Assembly: GCA_040403495.1 (NCBI GenBank)
Contig: JBBAKM010000005.1
Span: 23,677 to 87,676, forward strand
Source: Bacteroidia bacterium
GTDB lineage: Bacteria; Bacteroidota; Bacteroidia; NS11-12g; UBA955
Length of the DNA stretch: 64,000 nt
Reading direction: 5' to 3'
The translations under genes were made by a program, and so were the position numbers. Below, piece by piece: positions 35,660 through 44,209 of this stretch (positions within the stretch are counted from its first letter, which is position 1; each line of letters begins with the position of its first letter). Under the pieces are notes generated by a model. The model did not search any database. It was not told the origin of the DNA and was given only the letters and a program-made list of their open reading frames with translations.

Positions 35660-38326
35660 TCAATAGTTGCTTTGAATTATCAGTTTCTCTGTTTTTTGGG
35701 TATTGCCGCATGTAATTCTAACAAAATAAATACCTGCAGCTAAGCCATTGGTTTCTATGTGTTGAGAAGTTTGTTTACCATTGTAGCTGTTATTGAACAA
35801 CACCTTGCCCGTTACATCCATTAATGCAATGCTGTAATCTTGTTCATTGTTGTTAAAGATAGAAATGGTGAAGTTGGCGGTGGTGGGGTTAGGGGAGAGT
35901 TTGAAAGCTACCTTAGATTTTTGTTTAATAGCTTCTTCTTCTCTGATTTGTCTTGCTTCATATTCTTCTTTTTCTCTTTTTACTGCAGATTGAGAAAATC
36001 TTTGAGCTTTGTATTTATTATTGTTGCCACAAAATGATGATACTTGAGCGTATGTTTGTGGTGGTTGTGGGATTTTATCCCAAGGGAATCCAACAATTAA
36101 TTCAATGTCAGGTGAAATTTTAGCGCCAGGCATTAATTCAAAACCATTCATAGAATAAATTTTAACTTTTTTTCCATTGGTTGTTGACATTTGTGCTGTG
36201 ATAAAAACTGGACCTTCAAAAAATAATTGTTCATTAATGTTGAATTGCACATCAGTGTCAAATTCTTTTATACCTTTTTTAAAGTTTGGCAATAATTTAT
36301 TATCGATAGAGGAATATGGGTCAGAATTAAGCGTTTTGATTTTTACTGGATAAGTGTGATTTAAGTAAAAAGTGTTATTTTTATTATCTGTTCCAATATC
36401 ATTCGAAACTCCAATGACTTTTATTTGAAAAAAAGCATATTTCATCAAACTATCTTCATTAAATTGAAGAAATGGTAAACCTAATTTTGTTATATCAAAT
36501 CTTAATGGCAAGTTTGCAAAATCATCAATATCAACATAAGGAGTGTTGAAGTTATACATGGAATTACTTTCAGAATAAAAATTAATAGGTGTAATAATAG
36601 AACTATCCACTAGGCAAGAAGATCGATAGTGTAAATTAATTGGGGGCCCAATGTTAATAAGATTCACCTTTAAACTTGAATTAATTGGGGGACCGTTGTT
36701 AATTGGCATTTTGACAACTAATCTTACTTGAATCTTAGATTTATTTATGTTAATATTTACTTTAGGGTTAAATACATATTTTAATTTTTCCGAAAGTAGA
36801 AAAGAGTAAGACAGATTTGCGAACATAGTTATTTCGCCATTAACATAAGTACTACATTCAGTTCGTTTTATATGTACTCCCAATTCAGGTGTCTCTAAAA
36901 TAGACAGAACACCTAGTCTTTCATTATATGTAGGATAAGAAGGAATCCATGTGCCTTGCTTGTTAGTGTTTGATTGCATTTGTTTATCAGACCAATTCGA
37001 TCCAGGCAATGCCAATGATATATGGGTAGCAGCAATTTCATCTTTTAATGTAAAAGTGCCAGAAGCTGTAATGGCGCCAGTAATAGTAGTTGCTGCATTA
37101 TCACTACTTTTACATCCATTAACCAGTGATGACAAAAAGGTTGTATTTGCATCTAATATTTTTTGACCTGCTGCTATTTGTTTAGTTAAATCTGCTTTAA
37201 GTGTAGATGAAGTGGTAACATCCTTAAAACTGCCATTAACAACTGAAAACATTTTTTCGGCACAGGTTAAATAGTTTTTTAGCTTATCAAGATTGTCTCT
37301 TTCAGTTTGATTTCTATTTGGATGATCTCTAACTACATCTATTAAATCAATAAATGCTTTATAGTTTACAACAGCCCCACCAGTTTTAATGGCTACAGCT
37401 CCTGAAACTCCTGCAGCTAAAATTCTTCCAAATGCCATTTTACCATAGTCTTGTGTTCCTTTTTTCTCTGTTTTTATACCGCCTGACAACTTTCCTGTGA
37501 TATCAATATTTGCAGTTTGTACAAATGCAAATGAAACATCTAGTTGAACTTTGTTGTTGCAAACACAGGGGTCATAAGTCACTGGTAAATCAAACCAGAA
37601 AAACACTTTAGGATTGTTGGTGTATTTTACAAATACGGCAATGGAACTTTCATCTGTTTCTTGGTCTAAAGGCTGAACTGTTTCGCCTTGAATGCTTAAT
37701 AAATTGGTGGCTTTCAAGTCTGGATTGTAAACATTGATATATGTTTGACCCTGTTTTAATGGAGATTGAGTTGGTATTCTCAATTCAATTCTCACAGTTT
37801 CATAAGTGTTATCAGGCTCTAATAAAGAACCAAAAAAACGCATGGTACCAGAATATTTATTGTACAAAATCATATAGGGTAGTTTAGGCCTCTCATTGCT
37901 AACCGTGTTTGGCCCAGGTTGTACATCAACCCCTAAACCAATATTCCCATTTGAACCAAACTCAACTTTCAATAATTCCCAGCCATCTTCCGGATGGTAA
38001 TTGCTATTATGATTGTCTGTCAGATTGCCATAACTGGCATTTATTGGACCATTAAAAGGATTGCGAATCCATGTCGGATTTTGATCATCATTATAATACA
38101 CCCAAAAACGTTCATCAGGCACATTTCCTCCAGGCGTATGTTTTACTCTCCAATCGAAATTATTAACCAAATTGGGGCATTCCGGGTTTACATGGTTATT
38201 GGGGTTTGTAGAAATGCCTTTGCCTGTTTCGCAATTTTGTGCGGCAGGGTTAGGGGTGCAGGTTTGACTTATAAGCCTTGTTTGGGTTATAAGAAGTATT
38301 ACTATTGCTATTATTATTTTTTTCAT
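35660..38326 (-). CDS. Large orphan secreted protein with a T9SS C-terminal sorting domain
   Basis: The preferred start is MKKIIIAIVILLITQTRLISQ, which avoids overlap with the upstream gene (the ORF track extends to 38371). The CTD is KLSPNPTTANFTISI...GIYFVRITCG. I recognised no catalytic motif. Confidence 0.7.
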   Translation of the reverse strand: MKKIIIAIVILLITQTRLISQTCTPNPAAQNCETGKGISTNPNNHVNPECPNLVNNFDWRVKHTPGGNVPDERFWVYYNDDQNPTWIRNPFNGPINASYGNLTDNHNSNYHPEDGWELLKVEFGSNGNIGLGVDVQPGPNTVSNERPKLPYMILYNKYSGTMRFFGSLLEPDNTYETVRIELRIPTQSPLKQGQTYINVYNPDLKATNLLSIQGETVQPLDQETDESSIAVFVKYTNNPKVFFWFDLPVTYDPCVCNNKVQLDVSFAFVQTANIDITGKLSGGIKTEKKGTQDYGKMAFGRILAAGVSGAVAIKTGGAVVNYKAFIDLIDVVRDHPNRNQTERDNLDKLKNYLTCAEKMFSVVNGSFKDVTTSSTLKADLTKQIAAGQKILDANTTFLSSLVNGCKSSDNAATTITGAITASGTFTLKDEIAATHISLALPGSNWSDKQMQSNTNKQGTWIPSYPTYNERLGVLSILETPELGVHIKRTECSTYVNGEITMFANLSYSFLLSEKLKYVFNPKVNININKSKIQVRLVVKMPINNGPPINSSLKVNLINIGPPINLHYRSSCLVDSSIITPINFYSESNSMYNFNTPYVDIDDFANLPLRFDITKLGLPFLQFNEDSLMKYAFFQIKVIGVSNDIGTDNKNNTFYLNHTYPVKIKTLNSDPYSSIDNKLLPNFKKGIKEFDTDVQFNINEQLFFEGPVFITAQMSTTNGKKVKIYSMNGFELMPGAKISPDIELIVGFPWDKIPQPPQTYAQVSSFCGNNNKYKAQRFSQSAVKREKEEYEARQIREEEAIKQKSKVAFKLSPNPTTANFTISIFNNNEQDYSIALMDVTGKVLFNNSYNGKQTSQHIETNGLAAGIYFVRITCGNTQKTEKLIIQSNY

Positions 38327-38333
38327 CTTTAAT

Positions 38334-39200
38334 TTACATTTTAGTTCCATGAAATTCATAATTAAGTTCACCTGAGGGAGGGCTGAACTTAAATTTTCTT
38401 GATATGTATTTATTATTGTTTTGAATAAAAACTATTGATGTTTCTGACATATATCTAGTATGGATAGAATTTGTATTATTCGGAGTTAAATACCTAATAA
38501 TTTGTGATTTATAGTTAAAACAAACTTCAGGATTTCCAGAACTTTTTGGAAGCATTAATGTGTCAGCAATTGGCAAGCCTATAATTAGTGCGAATGGCGC
38601 TGGCACACCTCTAAAACTCCCTTTTTCTAATTGAAAAAATTCCATCACAACCTCCTTTTTAGGTTCGTGTGCAAAATATCCTTTGTATTTAATTGAGGTT
38701 TCTCCATTTTCTAATAAAAGTATAGGTTTTTGGGTAAAAAACAGATTTCTAGTTATGGAAACCAAAGTGTCTTTAGGATTTGTAATACAAGAATTTATAG
38801 GCGTGCGAATGGTAAGTTTTATCGGTATCCATCTCTCCCAACCATTATCACGCAAGTAATCGCCAAAATCTACTTCTAAACCTTTCCCTTTTCTGGGGTT
38901 TACTTCTGTGCCTATTTGCCACTCATAAGTGCTGTTGGCTGGGTTGCCATCGGGTGCATCAAAACGCACACTGCTGGCGTTAAATGTGTCGCAGGGTATT
39001 AGGTTACACCATTCTTCAGGTGGTTTAAAGCCTCTATCTCCCGGGCGCACTTTAAAAAGGGTATTAATGTTTTTTTTGCCATAACATGGATCGTAGTTCT
39101 CGCACTTTGGATTGCTTGGGTCTTGGCAACACTCCTTTTTACATGTGCTAAAAAACAACACTACAAACAGGGCTAGAGTTAGTTTAATTATTTTAAGCAT
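38334..39200 (-). CDS. Cys-rich lipoprotein, paralogue 2
   Basis: The preferred start is MLKIIKLTLALFVVLFFSTC at 39200, followed by KKECCQDPSNPKCENYDPCYGKK. The track's extension to 39248 runs through the upstream small ORF. Confidence 0.7.
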   Translation of the reverse strand: MLKIIKLTLALFVVLFFSTCKKECCQDPSNPKCENYDPCYGKKNINTLFKVRPGDRGFKPPEEWCNLIPCDTFNASSVRFDAPDGNPANSTYEWQIGTEVNPRKGKGLEVDFGDYLRDNGWERWIPIKLTIRTPINSCITNPKDTLVSITRNLFFTQKPILLLENGETSIKYKGYFAHEPKKEVVMEFFQLEKGSFRGVPAPFALIIGLPIADTLMLPKSSGNPEVCFNYKSQIIRYLTPNNTNSIHTRYMSETSIVFIQNNNKYISRKFKFSPPSGELNYEFHGTKM

Positions 39201-39301
39201 AGTGGTATGGGGTTTTGGGTTGTTGTTGAGGCACAGTCTTTCTTGCATGCCGCAAGACTCAATACTAAAAAGAGTGCCGTTAATTTTAATAAACTTTTCA
39301 T
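39188..39301 (-). CDS. Conserved 37-codon small ORF (lipoprotein-signal-like) overlapping the start of paralogue 2
   Basis: It encodes MKSLLKLTALFLVLSLAACKKDCASTTTQNPIPLCLK*. It has the same 13-nt ATGCTTAAAATAA overlap and begins 4 nt after the stop of the upstream gene. Confidence 0.5.
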   Translation of the reverse strand: MKSLLKLTALFLVLSLAACKKDCASTTTQNPIPLCLK

Positions 39302-39305
39302 AACA

Positions 39306-40520
39306 TTACTTATTAAGGATGGCGTTTAATTTCGATTCTAATTCTCTTAGTCGAGCTTCTTGGGCTTTCAATTGCTCGTCTTGTTGAATAGTGTAAAGTG
39401 TTAGTTCTTCTATTTTTTGTTGTTGCAGTTTTTGTAATTCTCCCACATCTTGTCCGCTGTTCATCACACTGTCTTGGCTAGGCATGCCCGGCAAGTGGTG
39501 TTTGGTGTTAATGAACTTAGCAACTTCACTCAATGGCATTAAATTATAATTGCTATGAAATACAAAATCGGGCCACCACTGGGCATTAACAATTACTTCT
39601 GTAGCACGAAGGTTACCTCTTAGTTCTGTGTTGCCATTTGCTTCCATTCTAAGTCCGCCTTGACCGTTTCCACCCCAAGGTGCAATTACAAATCCTGAGT
39701 TTACATTTAAATTCGAACCATTAATACCCATACCATCAGTAAAAAACAGTCCTTGGTCTTGATCCTTTGAAATATTGTTGAAACCTGAGTTTGATAAGTT
39801 TGATACAAAATGCATGTGTTTAGTATAACTATTGGTTGCATTAGAACTATTTATTCCAAAAATAGCAGTTGGTAAATTTTTTAAATTTCCACTTCTAACA
39901 TCTAATGAAACCCTTGGTGATGGCATGTTTATACCCGTATTGCCTGAAGGTGCAACTAAAAATCTTGTTGCATCTAAGGCTGGGTTATTTGGATCATAAG
40001 TTTTAGCGGTCAACAGTGGTTGAGGTGTAGATGATAATGAAATTGTCGGTCCCCCTCCTGTTGTGCCTATTATTCCAATTTGTGGAACAGTTAATGTTGG
40101 ATAATAAGTTAAGTCAATTAAAGTTGAATTTTCTTGCCATGATGGATTAGTGGCTGCTATTTGGTGTAATATGTTAGGGTTAAAAATATCTACTCCATTG
40201 TTAAATGAAAAACCAGGGAATGGATTGCAACTGTTATTTTTCATAATCAATAGCCCTTTGTTTTGATCAGGGCAATAATTTATTTCAAGCCAAGCTTTTG
40301 GATTGTTGGTCCCTATTCCCACCGAATTATTGTCTGAAGATGTAGAGCTTAATGTAGGTCCATTCTGTGGAATACTTGGAGCTGAATTACCGTTCCATGT
40401 TCCAGGGGTTTGAGAATGTAAGTCTGTAATCATAGCTAAAGACAAAAATAAGAAAGAAAAGCTAAAAAGTTTGGTTAATCTCTTTTGAAAAGTTAGTGTT
40501 TTGTTTGATAATAAGCTCAT
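39306..40520 (-). CDS. Secreted tail-fibre-like protein with a conserved Bacteroidetes C-terminal WPDxVF/coiled-coil module
   Basis: It has a signal peptide and SVGIGTNNPKAWLEI (the VGIGTxxPxxxL motif common in fibre-like Bacteroidetes proteins). The C-terminus is WWPDFVFHSNYNLMPLSEVAKFINTKHHLPGMPS...KIEELTLYTIQQDEQLK. Confidence 0.55.
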   Translation of the reverse strand: MSLLSNKTLTFQKRLTKLFSFSFLFLSLAMITDLHSQTPGTWNGNSAPSIPQNGPTLSSTSSDNNSVGIGTNNPKAWLEINYCPDQNKGLLIMKNNSCNPFPGFSFNNGVDIFNPNILHQIAATNPSWQENSTLIDLTYYPTLTVPQIGIIGTTGGGPTISLSSTPQPLLTAKTYDPNNPALDATRFLVAPSGNTGINMPSPRVSLDVRSGNLKNLPTAIFGINSSNATNSYTKHMHFVSNLSNSGFNNISKDQDQGLFFTDGMGINGSNLNVNSGFVIAPWGGNGQGGLRMEANGNTELRGNLRATEVIVNAQWWPDFVFHSNYNLMPLSEVAKFINTKHHLPGMPSQDSVMNSGQDVGELQKLQQQKIEELTLYTIQQDEQLKAQEARLRELESKLNAILNK

Positions 40521-40898
40521 AAAAAATAAATGTTTCTTAAATTTTCAAAAAAGAAAATTAGAAAAACAAGTATTTTCCAAAAATCACATCATTGTGAATT
40601 TATTTCAAAAAAAGTGTAAATTCCAACAAAACAGCTGTAATTCAATGTAATTATAATATAACAGCATTGTTTTGGAATTTTTATATCACATTAATGTGGT
40701 ATAAACGCAACTTAAAAAATCAGAAAAATTTGTTAATTAATTAAAGCTTTTTAATGGTTTTATTTAACTCATGTTGCTCAAAATCGTCATTTTTTTTGGA
40801 TAATCAGAAAAAAATTGAAATAATCGCACAGAGTTATTCCCTTTTGTTTTATCCTTTTAAAAATCATTTTTTTTATACATTTACTTGAGTATTTTCAA

Positions 40899-40906
40899 TA
40901 AATTTG
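40899..40906 (+). promoter_or_regulatory. Candidate -7 box TAAATTTG immediately upstream of the carboxyltransferase gene
   Basis: It matches TAnnTTTG and ends 8 nt before the ATG at 40914, which would imply a near-leaderless mRNA. Confidence 0.25.
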
Positions 40907-40913
40907 CAAGTAC

Positions 40914-42551
40914 ATGTCGAACGAACAAAATATTGAATTTAATATCAATGAGGATTTTAATAAGCAACTGGTTTATCAATTAAAGTCTAAGTTTACCAAA
41001 GTGAGTTTGGGGGGTGGTGAAAAAGCTGCTGCCAAACAAAAAGCTAAAAATAAACTTTTAGCCAGAGAACGTATTGCCTACTTGCTTGATGAGAACAGTC
41101 CTTTTGTTGAAGTAGGTGCTTTTGCAGGTGATGGTATGTATCCTGAACATGGTGGTTGCCCTAGTGGTGGTGTCGTCTGTGGGATAGGAACTGTAAGTGG
41201 CAAGCAATGTATGATTGTTGCCAATGATGCAACCGTTAAAGCAGGTGCTTGGTTTCCCATTACCGGTAAAAAAAATCTGAGAGCTCAAGAAATAGCCATG
41301 GAAAATCGTTTGCCTATCATCTATTTGGTGGACAGTGCAGGGGTGTTCTTGCCTATGCAAGATGAGATTTTTCCCGACAAGGAACATTTTGGGCGCATTT
41401 TTAGAAACAATGCCATTATGAGTAGCAAAGGGATTACTCAAATTGCTGCCGTTATGGGAAGTTGTGTGGCAGGGGGCGCTTATTTGCCTATTATGAGCGA
41501 TGAAGCACTGATTGTGGACAAAACAGGCTCAATATTTTTGGCAGGTAGTTACTTAGTTAAGGCGGCAATAGGTGAGGACATTGACAATGAAACATTGGGA
41601 GGTAGTATTTCTCAGTCGGAAATATCTGGAGTAATCGACGACCGATTCCCTAATGATGAAGCTTGCCTTGATAGAATTAAATTTATAATGGATAAAATTG
41701 GGGCTTTTGAAAAAGCTGGTTTCGATAGAAAAGAACCCGCTAAACCCCTTAAAGATATTAAAGATTTATATGGCATTTTACCAAAAGACAGAGCGAAACC
41801 ATACAATTCTTTAGCACTCATAGAAACTTTGGTCGATAATGGTGAGTTTGAACAGTATAAAGAAGGGTATGGTCAAACGATTCTGTGCGGCTATGCGCGT
41901 ATTGAAGGTTGGGCTGTAGGTATTGTGGCCAATAACCGACAAATTACCAAAAGTAAAAAAGGGGAAATGCAGTTTGGCGGTGTTATTTACAACGACAGTG
42001 CGGACAAGGCTGCACGTTTTATCATGAACTGTAACCAAAAGAAAATACCGTTAGTGTTTCTTCAGGATGTAACCGGTTTTATGGTGGGTAGCAGAAGCGA
42101 ACACTCCGGAATTATAAAAGATGGGGCCAAAATGGTAAATGCCATGAGTAACAGCACGGTTCCAAAATTTACAATTATTATTGGAAATAGCTATGGTGCA
42201 GGCAATTATGCCATGTGTGGCAAAGCTTATGACCCTCGTCTTATATATGCATGGCCAAGTGCAAGGATTGCTGTAATGGGTGGTGAACAAGCCGCCAAAG
42301 TATTGTTACAAATAGAGAAAGCAAGTTTGGAAGCCAAAGGTGAAACCATTACGCCTGAAGCTGAAAAAGCACTGTTAGATAAAATTATGGCAAGGTATGA
42401 GGAACAATTGTCTCCTTATTATGCAGCATCTCGTCTGTGGGTTGATGGTATAATCGATCCTATTGAAACCAGAACTGTTATAAGCCAAGGAATAGAAATG
42501 GCAAACCATGCCCCCGTTCAACCGTTTAATGTCGGGGTTATTCAAACCTAG
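40914..42551 (+). CDS. Acyl-CoA carboxylase carboxyltransferase (beta) subunit, methylcrotonyl-/propionyl-CoA carboxylase family
   Basis: It is a two-domain carboxyl-transferase. It carries KLLARERIAYLLD, AVMGSCVAGGAYLP and IIGNSYGAGNYAMCG. Confidence 0.85.
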   Translation: MSNEQNIEFNINEDFNKQLVYQLKSKFTKVSLGGGEKAAAKQKAKNKLLARERIAYLLDENSPFVEVGAFAGDGMYPEHGGCPSGGVVCGIGTVSGKQCMIVANDATVKAGAWFPITGKKNLRAQEIAMENRLPIIYLVDSAGVFLPMQDEIFPDKEHFGRIFRNNAIMSSKGITQIAAVMGSCVAGGAYLPIMSDEALIVDKTGSIFLAGSYLVKAAIGEDIDNETLGGSISQSEISGVIDDRFPNDEACLDRIKFIMDKIGAFEKAGFDRKEPAKPLKDIKDLYGILPKDRAKPYNSLALIETLVDNGEFEQYKEGYGQTILCGYARIEGWAVGIVANNRQITKSKKGEMQFGGVIYNDSADKAARFIMNCNQKKIPLVFLQDVTGFMVGSRSEHSGIIKDGAKMVNAMSNSTVPKFTIIIGNSYGAGNYAMCGKAYDPRLIYAWPSARIAVMGGEQAAKVLLQIEKASLEAKGETITPEAEKALLDKIMARYEEQLSPYYAASRLWVDGIIDPIETRTVISQGIEMANHAPVQPFNVGVIQT

Positions 42552-42565
42552 AATGATAAATCCAT

Positions 42566-42596
42566 AAAAAAAGCCTCACTTGTGAGGCTTTTTTTA
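42566..42596. terminator. Bidirectional rho-independent terminator between convergent genes
   Basis: AAGCCTCA-CTTG-TGAGGCTT is flanked by A6 and T5 runs. Confidence 0.75.
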
Positions 42597-42623
42597 TGAA
42601 AGTCGTACGTTGTAATAATGTTA

Positions 42624-44180
42624 TTACTTTACAGAAGCGGCTGCTTTTAAAGCTGCGTCTGCATTAATAATGCCTCCCGTTGTACAAAGTTTTTTGTATT
42701 TTGTTTTTTTCTTTGACCCCGGAATGCTTACTTTTTGTTTAGGTTTTATGGATGAATTTTCAATAACTGCTTTTACTTGTGCCGCTGTTAAGTTAGGATA
42801 GTACGAACGTATCAGTCCTGCCAAACCTGCAGTTACCGGACTTGCCATACTTGTACCACTTAATGATTCATATTTATTGTTAGGAACTGTGCTGTATATT
42901 TCCACTCCAGGCGCAAATACATTCACTGTTTTGGATCCAAAGTTTGAAAATTCAGCAGGTTGTTGATTTCTATCACTTGCACCAACTTCTATCCAAGTGC
43001 TACATCTTTTGCCATCGGCATAAAATGGGGTAGGGTAGTTGGATTCTTTGTCTATGTTTTTAGAGTCGTTGCCTGCTGCATGTATTAATAAAACATCTTT
43101 ACTCTCTGCATATTTTACAGCATCATCAACTATTGTTTTGTTAAATGAATAAGCTTTACCGAAACTCATGTTAATCACTTTTGCACCATTGTCTACAGCG
43201 TAACGAATGGCATTTGCCACGTCTTTATCGCGCTCATCGCCATTAGGAACAACTCTAATAACCATAATTTGAACATCTGCTACAACACCATTCATGCCTA
43301 TACCGTTGTTTCTAATAGCTCCTATAATGCCACCAACATGCGAACCATGCTCGCCATCCGGTCCTTTTACTTCATTGTTGCCGTATGACTTGTTGCTAGT
43401 ATTGGTATAATCGTCTCCAATAATATATCTTGGGTCATATTTTAAGTTTAAATGGTATTGATAAACAGAATAAAAATAGTTGTGAGCATCTTCAAATTCT
43501 TTGAAAACTCTTGCAGGTGTAATGTTTTGTTTAGTAGAAGTGCCAAGTACAATATTTCTTCCAATTTTAGATTCGTTTTTTGTAGGTTCGAATTTTTCTA
43601 ATTTTTCAACACTTACATCGTTAGTGCCTAACTCCATTTTTAAAGCATCTAAATAGGATTTGATGTTTTTGTAAGTGTTGTAATAAGATTCAGCTTCTGT
43701 GTATTTTTTAGCATGTATTTTTTCTAATTCTTTGAATCTTGCAAATTCTGCTTTTTCACTTTTGCTTATGTCTTTTTTGGTTTTAGTGCCAAATTTTTTC
43801 TGGTAATCACGCAATAATCTAGTCAATTCTAAATTGTCGTATTCTACATCTTTTTCAGAACCGCCAATAAAATCCCAACCATTGATATCATCTACATAAC
43901 CATTTAAGTCATCATCAACAGAGTTTCCGGGGATTTCTTTTTTGTTCACCCAAATATTGTTTTTCAAATCGTCATGTTGAATATCGATACCATCGTCAAT
44001 AACTGCAACTATTACAGTGTTTGAATTGGCCGGTTTAGGGTTGTTTTTAATAGCATTTTCTAGGTCAATCCCCAATGTGGTGTCTTGGGTCGAAAATTTT
44101 AAATGCCAATCTTTAGGATAGACCTGTGCGCTAAGTGAGGTGCCTACTAATAAGGCGATAATAATGAGAATTCTTGTCAT
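42624..44180 (-). CDS. Secreted subtilisin-like S8 serine peptidase
   Basis: The catalytic triad contexts are VAVIDDGID (Asp), HGSHVGGIIGA (His) and SGTSMASPVTAGLAGL (Ser). It has a signal peptide. Confidence 0.9.
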   Translation of the reverse strand: MTRILIIIALLVGTSLSAQVYPKDWHLKFSTQDTTLGIDLENAIKNNPKPANSNTVIVAVIDDGIDIQHDDLKNNIWVNKKEIPGNSVDDDLNGYVDDINGWDFIGGSEKDVEYDNLELTRLLRDYQKKFGTKTKKDISKSEKAEFARFKELEKIHAKKYTEAESYYNTYKNIKSYLDALKMELGTNDVSVEKLEKFEPTKNESKIGRNIVLGTSTKQNITPARVFKEFEDAHNYFYSVYQYHLNLKYDPRYIIGDDYTNTSNKSYGNNEVKGPDGEHGSHVGGIIGAIRNNGIGMNGVVADVQIMVIRVVPNGDERDKDVANAIRYAVDNGAKVINMSFGKAYSFNKTIVDDAVKYAESKDVLLIHAAGNDSKNIDKESNYPTPFYADGKRCSTWIEVGASDRNQQPAEFSNFGSKTVNVFAPGVEIYSTVPNNKYESLSGTSMASPVTAGLAGLIRSYYPNLTAAQVKAVIENSSIKPKQKVSIPGSKKKTKYKKLCTTGGIINADAALKAAASVK

Positions 44181-44209
44181 GTTAATATAATTGTATATAG
44201 GGGGTAAAA

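Noticed and set aside
38334-39248. The track's longer version of lipoprotein paralogue 2, starting MQERLCLNNNPKPHTT.
   Set aside because: The extension has no counterpart in paralogue 1 and runs through the conserved small ORF in another frame. MLKIIKLTL at 39200 gives a canonical lipoprotein signal.
29578-40913. Calling the region a defined integrative mobile element or prophage.
   Set aside because: No integrase, recombinase, transposase, excisionase, conjugation or phage structural genes are recognisable. Only the att-like duplication is visible, so it is reported as a finding and not as a mobile_element feature.
40521-40913. An imperfect inverted repeat (ATTCCAACAAAACAGC ... GCATTGTTTTGGAAT) in the 393-bp divergent intergenic region.
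   Set aside because: The arms differ at several positions in AT-rich DNA, which is too weak to call an operator or an RNA structure.
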